A stretch of DNA of 62,315 nucleotides, the filler included, from Stramenopiles sp. TOSAG23-2 (lineage: Eukaryota): NCBI GenBank assembly GCA_900128395.1. It is 35 parts of 35 records of this genome, joined end to end, with 100 filler letters (N's around TTAATTAATTAA, not from the genome) between each part and the next. Parts side by side here need not be neighbours in the genome. Positions count along the whole stretch, not along the records: positions 42,933 to 44,608 come from LT652510.1; positions 44,709 to 46,383 come from LT652511.1; positions 46,484 to 48,156 come from LT652512.1; positions 48,257 to 49,927 come from LT652513.1; positions 50,028 to 51,698 come from LT652514.1; positions 51,799 to 53,469 come from LT652515.1; positions 53,570 to 55,239 come from LT652516.1; positions 55,340 to 57,008 come from LT652517.1; 27 more parts are not named here. One strand, given 5' to 3'. This document shows positions 44,535-58,127 of the stretch, piece after piece; the first letter of the stretch is position 1, and each line of letters starts with the position of its first letter. A program made the position numbers and the translations under genes. The notes beneath the pieces were generated by a model. The model was given only the letters and a program-made list of their open reading frames with translations. It was not told the origin of the DNA and did no database searches.

Positions 44535-44608
44535 ACCGACGAACTTTTTTAGCAGGGTCAAATTTATTGTATCGTCCCCGCACATTAAACTTTTCAACTC
44601 CCCTGCTG
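44535..44608 (-). pseudogene. Inverted partial copy of the HECT gene
   Basis: 44554-44608 is the exact reverse complement of 43782-43836; similarity continues ~15 nt with substitutions and then breaks. Confidence 0.75.
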
Positions 44609-44937
44609 NNNNNNNNNNNNNNNNNNNNNNNNNNNNNNNNNNNNNNNNNNNNTTAATTAATTAANNNNNNNNNNNNNNNNNNNNNNNNNNNNNNNNNNNN
44701 NNNNNNNNAATAACGTATTGTATAATACACGTAACTAATAATCGGTACCTGGTATACTACCTGGTAATTTATTGAAATCTACTAAAATATCATCTCCACC
44801 AAAAACACCACACCAAAGGAAAAATTATTATATCAATAATAAGAATTTTTCATATTACACCAATTACAAACATAAAAGTACAATTAGAGTCAAAGAATAA
44901 TATATTTATATATATATATATATATAAGAAAAAGAAA

Positions 44938-46242
44938 ATGATACGGTATTTAATTAAAGCAACAAATAAAATTTGTAAACCAAGACGTCAAGAACAAACG
45001 TCTATTTTTGGAAATATTTTTACTCGTAATGTTACATATAGTGATGATGGAAAACCAGTATTTGACATAAATGTTGATCATACGAAATCTCGTGTTTATG
45101 TTTGGGGTGATCATAAAAACGGCAAATTAGGATATTATGGGGAGGAAACGGAAGGATTTACTCCGAATAAAATACATGTATTAGATAGTTTACAAGTAAG
45201 TGGCATAAGTTGTGGTGCTGAACATAGCGTAGCTGTGAATAATGATGGCAAAGTTATGACGTGGGGCTTAGGTGAAAAGTTTCGCTTAGGCCATGGAGAA
45301 GAGGAATCTGAAGGATCCCCTCGCTTAGTCGAAGGTTTACAGCATGAACATGTAATTAGTGTTACATGCGGCGAACAATACACAGCGGCATTGACGGAGA
45401 GTGGAGATGTGTATACATGGGGTGACGATTCTGGTCGTTTATTTAGCTCATCAGGAGTATTAGGTCATGGAAATTTCGATCCACAACCATATCCAAAACT
45501 AATTGAAGCATTCCGTGAAGAAGATGTGAGAATAGTACAAATAGCTGGTGGTAAAGGCCATATGGTAGCATTAGATGAACATGGTGGAGTATGGACGTGG
45601 GGGAAAGGTGAATATGGCAGACTCGGTAATGGCGAAGTTGGCAATGTACCAACACCGGAGCCGGTTGAATTGTTTGAGGAAATACCGGTCAAATTTGTAA
45701 ATTCAGGTGAGCACCATTCATGTGCAATTGACGATGAGGGACAAGTATGGTTATGGGGGCGTAACGAACGTGGTCAATTAGGTATTGGTGGTGGGTTGAC
45801 TATGGACATGTATTGTATCGAAAGTTTTCCAACTGAATTAGCGGCCAATGAGGATGAACATGAAGTAAATGAATTGGATGGTGTGTATGTTGGATGTGGA
45901 ACTACAAATTCAATCATGGTTGCTGATAATAATGAAGTATATGCATGGGGTAGCGGTGGTTGGCTAGCGCCACATCGAATGTCAGTATTATCGCAAAAAA
46001 ATGTATGGAAAGCTGAATGTGGTGGTGGTACATTTTATGCCATAACTACTGATGGTGAAATGTATACATGGAGTAAGTCTGGTTTTATGGGAAATAGCAA
46101 GGCGCTGGGACATGGTAAAGGTGGTTTTAATTCCCAAGTTGCACAACCAACTTTAGTTGAAGCTTTTAAAGAACAGAATTTACATGTAATTGATGTAGCT
46201 GTTGGTAAAAATCATGCTATGGCGATTGTGCAAGAGCTGTAA
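44938..46242 (+). CDS. RCC1/BLIP-II repeat protein, complete, possible mitochondrial presequence
   Basis: About seven repeats of the form xxCGxxHxxAxxxxGxVxxWGxGxxGxLG; basic N-terminus. Confidence 0.93.
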   Translation: MIRYLIKATNKICKPRRQEQTSIFGNIFTRNVTYSDDGKPVFDINVDHTKSRVYVWGDHKNGKLGYYGEETEGFTPNKIHVLDSLQVSGISCGAEHSVAVNNDGKVMTWGLGEKFRLGHGEEESEGSPRLVEGLQHEHVISVTCGEQYTAALTESGDVYTWGDDSGRLFSSSGVLGHGNFDPQPYPKLIEAFREEDVRIVQIAGGKGHMVALDEHGGVWTWGKGEYGRLGNGEVGNVPTPEPVELFEEIPVKFVNSGEHHSCAIDDEGQVWLWGRNERGQLGIGGGLTMDMYCIESFPTELAANEDEHEVNELDGVYVGCGTTNSIMVADNNEVYAWGSGGWLAPHRMSVLSQKNVWKAECGGGTFYAITTDGEMYTWSKSGFMGNSKALGHGKGGFNSQVAQPTLVEAFKEQNLHVIDVAVGKNHAMAIVQEL

Positions 46243-46483
46243 AAATTAATAGAGGATGTTTTTTTACAGCAACACTACATCGAATAAAATAGCGCTGTTT
46301 TTTACGAAGAATCATAGAAAAAAAAACTCTCAAGTACAAAAAATCCCTAATCTGGCCTATCAAATATATCAAACACTACAAACNNNNNNNNNNNNNNNNN
46401 NNNNNNNNNNNNNNNNNNNNNNNNNNNTTAATTAATTAANNNNNNNNNNNNNNNNNNNNNNNNNNNNNNNNNNNNNNNNNNNN

Positions 46484-48156
46484 CTTTGGCACTGACAATA
46501 CCATTCTTTTAAAAAAGTTTCGCAATTACATCTTCCAAATGCAATATGTAAATAAAGCTAAGATTATCAGTAATCCAGATTCAAAGTCTGGTAATTGTAA
46601 AATACAAATGCAATTTATTGATAGCAAATTGGATTGTAATTATGGTTATGGTTCTAATTATGGTGGTAAAGAAAATAATCCAAATAAAACTAAAAACATT
46701 GATAACTATCGGATCGAATGTTACCTGAACCCTGTATCAAAAGTTGCAAAGTACAATATTGTTGCATTTAAAGAAGATAGCGAGGATATCCAAACAGTAT
46801 ATATGCAATTGCCTGAAATTGTTAACTGGAATTTTGTCAAGTCATGGTTTCCATCTATTCGTGTTGTTCGCGAGGACTATTATTTGTCAGAACAGAAAGA
46901 AAGAAAATATCCAAATACTATAAATATTGGTATGGTCCATTTCAACGATAATGATAATTCGAAAATACATATTGATCAAGGCAAGAATAACATGATAATA
47001 AAACCAATTAAGGATACAATAGCAAAATATATTCCAGTGTTTGTAGCAGCAAGCGAGCATCATTTTGACATCGTGAAATTATTATGGAATTTAGAAGAAG
47101 ACAAAGACATTGCAGATGTAAATGGTTGTACTTTTACCCATTATGCATGTGAGTGTGATGCAATAGAAATTTTAGAAAAAACATGGTGTAAAGATAGTAA
47201 AGCCCAGTTAAAAAAAGATAAACGCATTGGTGGTAACAATGTCCTACATCTTGCATGTAAAAATAATTCGTCTGATTGTTTAAAGCACATGATTGAACAT
47301 GGTATTTTAACATGTGAACGTAACTTAATTGCAGTTGAAAACTTTGATTTTGATACACCATTAATGCTTGCATGTAGAAATAAATGTATTGATTCTGTAA
47401 AACTACTGTGTGGCATAATGTCCGGTGATGAAATAAATCAACAAAAATCAAAAACTGGTATGACATCACTATATATTGCATGCGAAAAAGGTTATTTCGA
47501 CATAGTGAAAACGTTATTGACACACCCATCCATAGATGTTAATCAAGGAAGAACCGATGATGCTAACATGGGCGTTAATCCACTTTACATTGCATGTCAT
47601 GATGGATTCAATCCTAACTTGGAAGTGGTAAAAGAATTATTAAAGCACCAAAATATTAATGTTTGTCCTAGTACTTGTCAACCATTTAATAAAGCACTTT
47701 ATACAGGTAATTTTGAAGTTGTAAACATACTATTAGATCATGAATCATTTGATATTAATCATTCAATAAACCCAGATAAATATGGTCACGGTCAAAGTAT
47801 CCCACCACTTTATTGTGCATGCCAGGAAAATTTGATCAATATTGTAAATAAATTGTTAAGCCATGATGACATTGACATTGCAATCAATCAAAAAAGGATA
47901 GATAAACCTGTCAATCAGAATACTGGCCAAACTTCACTTCATATTGCATGTGAAAAGGGCCATGTTGGGATTGTAAATGCATTATTAGGGGTAGAATCAA
48001 TAGCTATAAATGAAAAATCAAACTTTGGTTGGACATCACTTCATACTGCATGTGAAAAGGGCCACGTTGAAGTTGTAAATGCATTATTAAAGGTAGAATC
48101 AATTGCATTAAATCAAGAAATAACTGATAATGGGCGAACGCCACTTTATATTGCAT
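46484..48156 (+). CDS. Ankyrin-repeat protein, partial
   Basis: Multiple G.T.LHIACEKGH..IVNALL repeats after an unrecognised N-terminal region. Confidence 0.93.
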
Positions 48157-48256
48157 NNNNNNNNNNNNNNNNNNNNNNNNNNNNNNNNNNNNNNNNNNNN
48201 TTAATTAATTAANNNNNNNNNNNNNNNNNNNNNNNNNNNNNNNNNNNNNNNNNNNN

Positions 48257-48830
48257 ACCCTATTGGGGAACATGAATGAAGGAAGAAGAATGTAATTTTA
48301 ACAAAATCCATCATAAATTGGGATAGTTTTCAGTGGTTCATATAATGTTGGATTCTCGTTACCAAAATCTTTTTCGTGGATTACCAGTAGTGGTACTGCT
48401 GTTATCATCCGTGAACCATAATAACCGTTGATTCGGCGGACGTGTCCCCATTGTTGATTCATAACTAAACTTTTCTGATCCATGCCACGTTTTATATGCA
48501 TGTTTATATGCCCGATGGCTTTTCCCAATGCTTTTATCTTCTGTTAACCATGTATATGGAAAGTCAAATATTTTCCTTTGAATTGGTAACAAGTTAAGAT
48601 TTGGACAGCGATATCATTCCAAATATATTGCATATAATCAATCACCAAGCAACATACTGAACCATTCATCTAACATTTTTAATGGACCAGAATTGTATGC
48701 AAAAGATCATTCATTTATTTCCATTACATCCATACCTACTCTTTTACAGACTATTTTAACAAAACTAGTTGCAAAAGATTTGTTCATGTACAACACTACC
48801 ACCTTTTTTTTTAAAATTCTTTTACAGACT
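48257..48830 (-). pseudogene. Putative pseudogene: one reading frame interrupted mainly by TGA codons
   Basis: Track ORFs 48707-48994 and 48359-48592 are in the same frame and are separated only by three TGA codons; further stops follow downstream. Confidence 0.4.
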
Positions 48831-50681
48831 ATATAATAAATAAGAGGACAAAGGAACAACAACAAAATGATGAGTTTGATTATACACCTTATTGGCAGTA
48901 GATTTGAATGCTTGTGTTCTCTAGATACCATACAGACTATATAATAAATAAGAGGACAAAGGAACAACAACAAAATGATGAGTTTGGCAGGCACAGCGCG
49001 CCATGCAGAAGATCATGTGGTAAAAATCTTAAGTACCAGCAGTTCATGGTTTTACTTCATAGTGTCACCGATGCTTGCATTAATAATTATCATTGCCTCT
49101 GATATTACACAACTTGGACTGTATATTCAGCAAAAACAGTAATTGAAATAAAATTATTATCAAAGAAATATATATATATACATCGACTATCACTAATTAA
49201 GTTCAGACAAATATATTTTCTAAATAAATTGTTATTAACAAAAAATTATTTGAGCAATTTTAAACGAAAAGCGTTGAAGGAAGGTAAACCGTAATATATA
49301 TATATACATCGACTATCACTAATTAAGTTCAGACAAATATATTTTCTAAATAAATTGTTATTAACAAAAAATTATTTGAGCAATTTTAAACGAAAAGCGT
49401 TGAAGGAAGGTAAACTGTATAAAGAGCCGGGTTGTTGAGGAAACAGATGATGATGAGGAGGAAAACCAAATCGGCAACAACTCCAATGGCAATAATAATA
49501 GTGATATGGTGGTTGAGGAAACAGATGATGAGGAGGAAAAAGAAATCGGTAACAACTCCAACTTTATTTTATATTGTACGTGGTAATAAAAAAAGAGGTC
49601 CTTACTTAAAAAGTATATACAGATGCAAGCGATGTATGAATAAATATATAGCTGATTTCACCACAGCATTTGAGAAATCTTTGGAGCCAAATTCCTTCCA
49701 TGCCCGGCCGTATGTCTTGTATACTAACATGCTAGCAATAATCGTACTATACTAGCTAGCCAGCTGCCAGCTATTATAGCTAGTCTTCTTTACAACCACA
49801 AATCAAATCATAATCATCACATACAATTCAATCACATCATAATAATATATATTGTATTGTTGCTGTTGGTGAGGGGTATCGTCGTATATATATACTAATC
49901 GATCAAGAATATTCAGTTATATATATANNNNNNNNNNNNNNNNNNNNNNNNNNNNNNNNNNNNNNNNNNNNTTAATTAATTAANNNNNNNNNNNNNNNNN
50001 NNNNNNNNNNNNNNNNNNNNNNNNNNNATTGGGCAGTATATAGAAAATGAAATTATGTGATTTTGTTGTTTTTCTTTTATACTATAATACGAGAGAGAGG
50101 AAAAAAGATTTATTTCGAATTTATAAAAATTATAGACATAATTAAATTTTATACGATGTTTATTATCAAGCGAACATAATTCGTCTATATCCATTGTAAA
50201 TTGTAAACTAGCTCTAATAGGAATTTAGTCAATTAGACACTACCAGTACGCCTATACCTGCTTTTACTCATGAATGTCGTTGATATTCTAAATTACAACA
50301 TTTGATTATTATTTAGATTTTCGATGCCCTTTTTTCGTATTTTGGCGGTTTTTTAATAGAGGTAATTATTGAAATTATTAGTATACTAACATCCGATTAA
50401 GTACATTTTGGAGTCGTGATTTACCTGGCCATTGCTTTTTCCCAGTGTGGATTAGAGAACATCAGGAACACCACTTACTGTAATTAAATAACACTACACA
50501 CAATTAAAACTACTAAGTTTAATATAAATACTATATATATATATATATCAGTGTATAAATAAAGATATATAGTAGATATAAATAAGACAAATCAAACATA
50601 TAATAAGAAACGATTATAAAACAGACAAGCAAACCAATTACAACGAACATACTTTAGTAACAACAACAATAATAAAAAAAA

Positions 50682-50939
50682 ATGGCAGAAGAAAAAGGTG
50701 ACGCAATAACTATACGTGTTAAAGATCAAGGAGGTGAAGAAACATTCTTTAAAGTAAAAAATACGACAAAAATGTCGAAAGTCTTTGGTGCATATGCTCA
50801 ACGAAAAGGTGTCCAACAAAGTTCATTGCGTTTCCTTCTTGATGGAGAAAGAATTAATCCAGAAGATACACCAAAGTCGTTAGAACTTGAGGATCAAGAT
50901 CAAATCGATTGTTTGCTTGAACAATATGGTGGATGTTAA
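50682..50939 (+). CDS. SUMO: Small ubiquitin-like modifier (SUMO/Smt3)
   Basis: ITIRVKDQGGEETFFKVK.TTKM.KVF.AYAQRKG..LRFLLDGERI..TPKSLELEDQDQID..EQYGG-C. Confidence 0.97.
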   Translation: MAEEKGDAITIRVKDQGGEETFFKVKNTTKMSKVFGAYAQRKGVQQSSLRFLLDGERINPEDTPKSLELEDQDQIDCLLEQYGGC

Positions 50940-51600
50940 ACAATAGTAGGACTATATATATGTTAAAACATTTCATGTGAACATAAAACGAAAGCATATC
51001 ATATATATGCGAAGATAATTTGAATAGTAATTAACATCAACAACTATAGTCGTTGTGATTATATATATATTTATTCATTATTGTTTCATTCATACTATGT
51101 GTTTCATATAGGTATCCATATTACATAGTTCATACATCTTTAAGTCATAAGTTTATGATTAATGTGGAGATACACGAACAGATGGTTGTGTGTGTGTGTG
51201 TGTGTGTGTGAAGTGAAATCAACTGTTGTATTAATAGTTTGAAAGATGTAAAAATATCATATAAAAAACTCCCTTTGAATAATAATATAAAATAAAAAAA
51301 AATATTCGTAATAACACACAAAAAAAATTACGACGTATATATGTTGTAGTTTCATTAATATATATATATATATAATATCTGTACAATCTCAAAAAAAGAA
51401 CTCATAGAACACATATTTTACACAAGGTATACTCGTGTATCATATCATTTTTATTATTATTATACTGCCATAATAAAATATTATCATGTGAAAAATAAGA
51501 GAAAGTATTACACACACCACTGCTGGAAATATTTTCTGAAAAATAAATTTAAATACTGACGCACATACGAATAAATTTATGTATTTATAAAAATATTTAT

Positions 51601-51698
51601 TTAATACCGTCTTTGTGGCAATGTACTCGTATTACCCACCATACCCATACCACTTGATTGTCGTGTTAGTATACCCATAAATTCTGCATAAGAAAATG
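51601..51698 (-). CDS. 3' end of an unknown (possibly EF-hand) protein
   Basis: FSYAEFMGILTRQSSGMGMVGNTSTLPQRRY-stop reading from the contig edge. Confidence 0.45.
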
Positions 51699-51798
51699 NN
51701 NNNNNNNNNNNNNNNNNNNNNNNNNNNNNNNNNNNNNNNNNNTTAATTAATTAANNNNNNNNNNNNNNNNNNNNNNNNNNNNNNNNNNNNNNNNNNNN

Positions 51799-52142
51799 GA
51801 ACAGATGGTAATTGTTATGGCTTCGGAAGTAATGAATATGGACAACTTGGTGCACATAATGTAACCCAAACACAAGGTTTAAGAAATAATACTATTGATG
51901 ATGATGATGATGATGATGATGATTCTAATAGTTATATATTTGCACCGGCGCGTATTAACTTGCCAGAAAATGCTGGGAAAGTCGTTTCCATTAGTGCTGG
52001 GTATGCACATACAACAATTTTGGATGAAAACGGTGATGTATATATATTTGGTCAAAATGAAAATGGGCAATTGGGATTGGGTAAGGTAGGGTTAGACATT
52101 CCATTTGTCTTTAATCCCACGAAAGTTGTTTACGAGAGTTAA
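51799..52142 (+). CDS. RCC1-repeat protein, 3' end
   Basis: DGNCYGFGSNEYGQLG and SISAGYAHTTILDENGDVYIFGQNENGQLGLG. Confidence 0.9.
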
Positions 52143-52171
52143 AAAATAATTATTAATTATACTCGTATCAT

Positions 52172-52320
52172 ACCTACTCATGCTTGTAGAGTATTATTAT
52201 CATAGTTTTGCAGACGTGCTTTTTACTATGTAAAATAGTGTACAAAAATTGAATTTTATTCCTGAGAAAGAGTATTGAGCATTAGTATTAATTTTACCAT
52301 TGAGAGAAGTGAAATTATTA
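52172..52320 (+). repeat. Dispersed repeat, diverged copy (2 of 3)
   Basis: acctact..tgcttgtagagtatt..tttgcaga..gagtattgagcat..gagaagtg blocks shared with 1263-1390. Confidence 0.7.
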
Positions 52321-52938
52321 TACGTAACAGTTACTCGTGTATGAAGTTGTGGAAATTAATTTTTTTAAAAATGCTCGCGTAAAATATTTGATGATAAAGG
52401 ACATATATAAAGACATGTGTATCATACGTATGACTACATATAATGGGCGTTAATGGATGAAAACATTTTAACATTGGATGGAATGATTGAAACATAGGCT
52501 TTGATGTAGTACCAAAAACGAAAAAGTATATAATTTATTATATTGTACAATCTGTAAAAAAATCGTTTTATTAGTATTTTGAACCTCCATACCTTCGTAA
52601 CCACTAATAGAATATTTTGAATATTTTTATTTATTCATTTTCGTATAATTTCCGTGTTACCTCAAAGCAAACATAAAAAAAACTTTGAGATATTATATAT
52701 ATATATGTATGCATATTAATACGTATATATTATATTACATTCTCTTCCGATCGTACATTCTTGGTATTTTTGACATTTTAATTTTTTAAAATCATTCTTT
52801 CTTTTTTGATACGACTTTCGTACGTATATATATATTTGCAGCTTCTAGTGATAATGTCTTTGACATGGGGATGTTTGACTTAGGCAACGTGTACAGTTAT
52901 TTTATCACTATATTTCTAGCCTTCTTGTCCAAGAACCT

Positions 52939-53469
52939 TTATTTCTCTTCCGTAGGAGTAACAATTGCATTTTTAGCAGTGACATCTGTAGGATTTGTAA
53001 CAGTAACAACTGTAGGACTTCCAGTAGTTGTTACTACATTTGCTCCGCTTACTTTTTTTGTGAAATCAACTGTATTCGCAGCATCTGTGCCTTCAATCGC
53101 TTTTTGTACTTCTGCTTGTTTCAAATATAATTGCTGCAATTTTTCTCCGTGTATTGGAAATAACCATACTGCTATGGTATCTATAACTCGTAGAATTGGA
53201 ATAAAAATGATCCAACTGTATGTTTTATATAGTTTAAAATATGTTTTGATGATTGTAATATAATTCCATCATAAAATTCAATAATACTTTTTTTCAATTG
53301 AATCATTTTCTGGAGTGTATCATCATTATTACCATCTTTTATTAACAAAATTTTACGTCCATGAATACCGGTATGATCTCTAAATCCATTTTCGCCCGAA
53401 ATAACTTTATATGGCATATGTAAATTGCGTAATGTGGTGTCAATTTTACCATTTAAATGATCATATATC
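52939..53469 (-). CDS. 3' end of a membrane protein (transporter-like final TM helix); apparent 1-nt deletion near 53235
   Basis: ..SSKHIL then, in a shifted frame, KLYKTYSWIIFIPILRVIDTIAVWLFPIHGEKLQQL..; the two track ORFs join if one A is added. Confidence 0.55.
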
Positions 53470-53899
53470 NNNNNNNNNNNNNNNNNNNNNNNNNNNNNNN
53501 NNNNNNNNNNNNNTTAATTAATTAANNNNNNNNNNNNNNNNNNNNNNNNNNNNNNNNNNNNNNNNNNNNGTAGACATTGTATCCATATGTAAATAATTGC
53601 CACCACTGTTTCTTTTTCGTTTTTATTTGGTGCATGGTCTGGAATGGTATTAATGTATGCCCCGCATTCGAAACGACCATCATCAGAGGATGATAATAAA
53701 AACGAACCGTTGTTGTTACAGACGACAGTGCTTTGAGGAGGAGGTACGCACAAAAAATACGCGAGATACCGAGAACGTGTCGTAAAATATACGCGTATTA
53801 ATTATATCTCTGTATATATATATATAATAAAATTTTATTTATCCCTTGGAAGCTCTCTCTCAGATAAACCGGGTCATATATGAGATATAAAATGTACTA

Positions 53900-54015
53900 C
53901 TTGTAGAGTATTAGTTTGCAGAGGTGCATTAGAGCTTTTTACTATTAGTAGGATAGCATATTATTCCTTGCGATTGAGTATTGAGCATATTGCTTAGCAC
54001 GAGAAGTGTAAAATT
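53900..54015 (+). repeat. Dispersed repeat (copy 3 of 3)
   Basis: High identity to 1275-1388. Confidence 0.85.
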
Positions 54016-54238
54016 TTTATAAATATACGATAAAATACAAATATAATATTTATTATACGAGGTCGTAAATGTACATCTCTCGCATATAATCATACTCGTA
54101 TATCATATTTCACATGCTCTCTCTTTAAGTACATGAATATTTTGATCTAATTATGTTTTAAATGAAACTGACAAGGTATCGAAATTTTTTCAAAATGGTG
54201 AATTTTTTCTCAAATTAGTAATGAACATAGTACAGGCT

Positions 54239-55239
54239 TTAAAACGCCATGTCATCGATGTCAAACATTTCCCCTTCACCTTCACCACCTTCAATCATAT
54301 CCCAAGTTGGGCTAATACTACCTTTGCGACCATAGCTGATGCTTTCACCAACTGACGGTCCCCATGGCTGTGCATGTGGATTCATATACTCATTATGGAA
54401 TGATTTACCTAATTCATTATTACTTTCATTACTATTGTAGCTACCACTACCACGTGATCCACCACTGCCATGGCTACCATTGCTCATACTCATATGCATA
54501 CTACTGATTTCGTTTACATTATGTTGAGGTTGGCTATATAAAGAGATACCATTTGAAGATGCAATTTTATTCATGTTGTTTTTACTGTTATCAATCTCCA
54601 TTGATAATGATGAATTGTCTTGCGGTGATGACCCTGGACTTATTTTAAACATCATACTGTCTCTGTTTGGTGGGGATGTTGATGGGGATGGTTTTGGCGA
54701 TTTACCAAAATATTGTTGCATATTAGATGCACCATAACTTTGTCCTACACCATAGCTTTTGGCACCTGGATATAGCATTTTACGGGAGATGTAACTAAAT
54801 CCGTCAAACATATCAGACACATCCTCATTTTGTTGCTGTTGTTGTTGCTGTTGTTGTTGCTGCTGCCTTGCGTTGTTTGTGTTAATTGGTGTAGTATGAT
54901 TTTTCAAGTAGCTATTTGCACCACCGATTCCGCTACCACCACCACTACTGGTACTTTTTGTGTCTTGCTCATGGTTCTTGTTCTTTTTCATCATCATATA
55001 ATTATTGCCCTGTTGATGTTGCGGGCTGTTTGGTGATATACTAGCTTCACTTTGAACAGGTAAACGTGTAAAAACTTTATCAAAGTATAATGTGCTCATC
55101 GTTTCCAAATCCTCTTCATTCACTTTTTTCCCTACAAGTTGATTTACAGTGGAACCTTGTCGGCTGGTTTGTTTCGGCATCCATGGTGGAATCAATTGGC
55201 ATTTAACCAATTTCTCCCAATCTAAGTTTTCAAAGAAAA
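54239..55239 (-). CDS. AGC-family protein kinase C-terminal extension and low-complexity tail
   Basis: FFENLDWEKL....IPPWMP, YFDKVFT and hydrophobic motif FDGFSY; poly-Q/S tail. Confidence 0.88.
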
Positions 55240-58127
55240 NNNNNNNNNNNNNNNNNNNNNNNNNNNNNNNNNNNNNNNNNNNNTTAATTAATTAANNNNN
55301 NNNNNNNNNNNNNNNNNNNNNNNNNNNNNNNNNNNNNNNAGGTTTATTCTTTTTTCAACAAATTGTTTTGTACTACTCAGTATTAAAAAAACACTGGAAA
55401 AAAACTTTACTTTTCCATCAAATCACCTTTTGGATTGGAAATCTTATGAAATTGATGCCATCATGATTACTATTGCAATACGCTTCTTTTCATAATGAAT
55501 GACAAACGGAAATGTTTGTTTTTGGCAGAAATGGAAGTAATGTTTTTCAGTTTACCTATCACATTTAAATATAACCTGTTGTATAGTTGAAAAATAAAAA
55601 CATTATTATTTCAATTATAATCCATACTCCATACAATCCCACTATGTTGTTGTAGTTTAGGTTACAACATTTTTATTATTTTTGGATTTTATAGATTAGG
55701 AATTAATTAAGCGGAAGTCTTGCTATAATTGTTACACGCATATGTGTTAGTAAGAGCACAGCATTAAGTGTTGATAAACATAAATACAGATTGTTGTTTT
55801 CACACACATATATGCAGGCGATAACATATATAACATAGAAAGTGGTATAGAGAGTGTATAAAATATACGTAATATACAGATAGAGAATTCAAATATTAAT
55901 AAAAAACAAAACGTATGAAATCAAAATGACAAACGAAAACGGTATCTTTAGAACAACTGTTATCTACGAGTACCAACGACATGCTGTCCTGCTGGAACTA
56001 CACGCTGTGTTTAATCAAGTATATGTTTCTGTTGGAAGAAGAATGGGAGAATTACCCCCGAATTCAATTGTGGAAATTGCCCGAATTCAACGTCGAAATC
56101 AGCATACACGTTGTCGTTGTTTGTACCCGAATGATCGTATATTTTCAACTGGTACCAGACATGTACATTCGATTTTATTCAATACGACCCAATCAAGTAA
56201 TAGGTCCCGAGTAATTTAATCCAGATTTTTAATTATACAGTTAAAAACAGTAAAAAACAGAACAAAAATATCTACCTTTTAAGTTCTTTAATATTTTGAT
56301 AGGACTTTTGGGCATTTTTGTGCATAGAAGACAGTAATTGTATGCTAATTTCAATACTGGATAGTACACTAATAGCTTTGACCTATCTTTTGTCCATAGA
56401 AAACAGTAATTGTATGCTAATGTCAAGTAATTTCAAGTATACAACGATAGTATACTAAGGGCCTTGAGTGGACAATCCTTTTCTGGTGTGGCCATTGATA
56501 ATAAGGTTCTAAAATCGGTTTTGTACTGGCGTAGCCAGTACTCAGCCACTAGTAATATGTAAAAAAATATATTTTAACAAAAGGAACAGCTGGACGAATC
56601 ATATATTATTTGTATGTGTCAAACATTTCCACCATATTACCATATAGTATCCTACACAACGGGAACTTCATAATTTAATGAATCAAACTAATGGTGTAAC
56701 ACTAGCTACAACAAGTTTAGCTAGTGAAGCTGTATTTGATGACATATTTATGTTCACTTTATTTTTTAACAAAATATCTTTAATTGAGTGTATTTTGGAT
56801 TTTCAATTTTCTCCCCAATTTTCATGTTCTAATTAGGGTTATCTCAGCTCAGATGAGGCCTGAGTCGTCTTTTTGATTTATGATGACGACGATCTCAAAA
56901 AATAATAGCTGAAATATTATTAACCAACATATAATAACCAGTTACAGTATACGTATACACACCACACAAAATACACAAATACAAAAATGTATCTACCATT
57001 GTGACAATNNNNNNNNNNNNNNNNNNNNNNNNNNNNNNNNNNNNNNNNNNNNTTAATTAATTAANNNNNNNNNNNNNNNNNNNNNNNNNNNNNNNNNNNN
57101 NNNNNNNNAAAGTCCCAACGCCAAAAATGAACTCATCGAACTTTTTCAGCTAAAATCCTTAAACCAGGCCTCAAAATAGTGGAATCGAGCTGGAATGGTC
57201 ACTATAAACCTGGAAAAATGCCTATTTTATTCCTATTATAGCATTCGAAATTATAGGATAGGGGATTGTTACCAATTGTACTTAGAGTATACAAAAATGA
57301 AGAAGGAATGCAAACGCATCAATAAGAATGCACAGTGCACAGGTGCACAGGTAATAATAATAATTAATAATTAAATATGTGCATATGTGCATGTATACGT
57401 ATCACATGTGTACAATCAATGAAGGATGCACCATCTACATCGCCCACCACGCTTTAAACCACAAAACACAAAAAACAAAACACATTTATTAGATACCTGC
57501 ACATTTATTTTGCAACATCTGTTGAATAATCTGTTTGAATAATTTCCACTCGTTATTGTTTTTTGCCAACTGTTGAAAAAATATCAGAGAGGTGAAAAAT
57601 TTTTATTCGTGAAAAAAAAAAACAAGGAAAGGTTTGGTATATACACACGAAGATTCTTGCTGCTGGTTTAAGCAAATAGCAGCGGCATTACGAAGTTTTT
57701 TGCTGCTGGTTTCAACAAAACAACAGCGGTATTTTAGATATTCTATTGTGATAAGAACGACACAAGCGATTCAAATTAGCATTTCTTTGCATATTTGAAT
57801 AAAGTTATTGGGCTAATATTGTATTTTAAGTGTTAGGCAACATAACGTAATAAAATATTGTATTTTTAGCGTTACGAATATACATAGTGCCAGCAACATA
57901 ACGCAATAAAATATTAGAAACCAAATACGAAGAGTTTGCATCTGGATTGAGAAGAATTGTATAGCTTGGAGATATTTTTTCATATCGAAATATATTTATA
58001 ATAAAGGAAAAACCCCTGTTATTATCAACGAAACAACGGTTTTGTTTCATACAATTAATTTTGACTTGCTTTAATATTTTTTTACGAAAAAAGGAACTTT
58101 GTTCGAAAGGTAAACAAGAAAAAATAC

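Noticed and set aside
51186-51210. (GT)n, (TA)n and (AAT)n tracts as telomeric or functional repeats
   Set aside because: Ordinary microsatellites and poly-Asn codons expected in an AT-rich protist genome.
55340-57008. Short ORFs 55926-56219 and 56241-56426
   Set aside because: No recognisable motif and overlapping ORFs of similar length; not supportable as genes.
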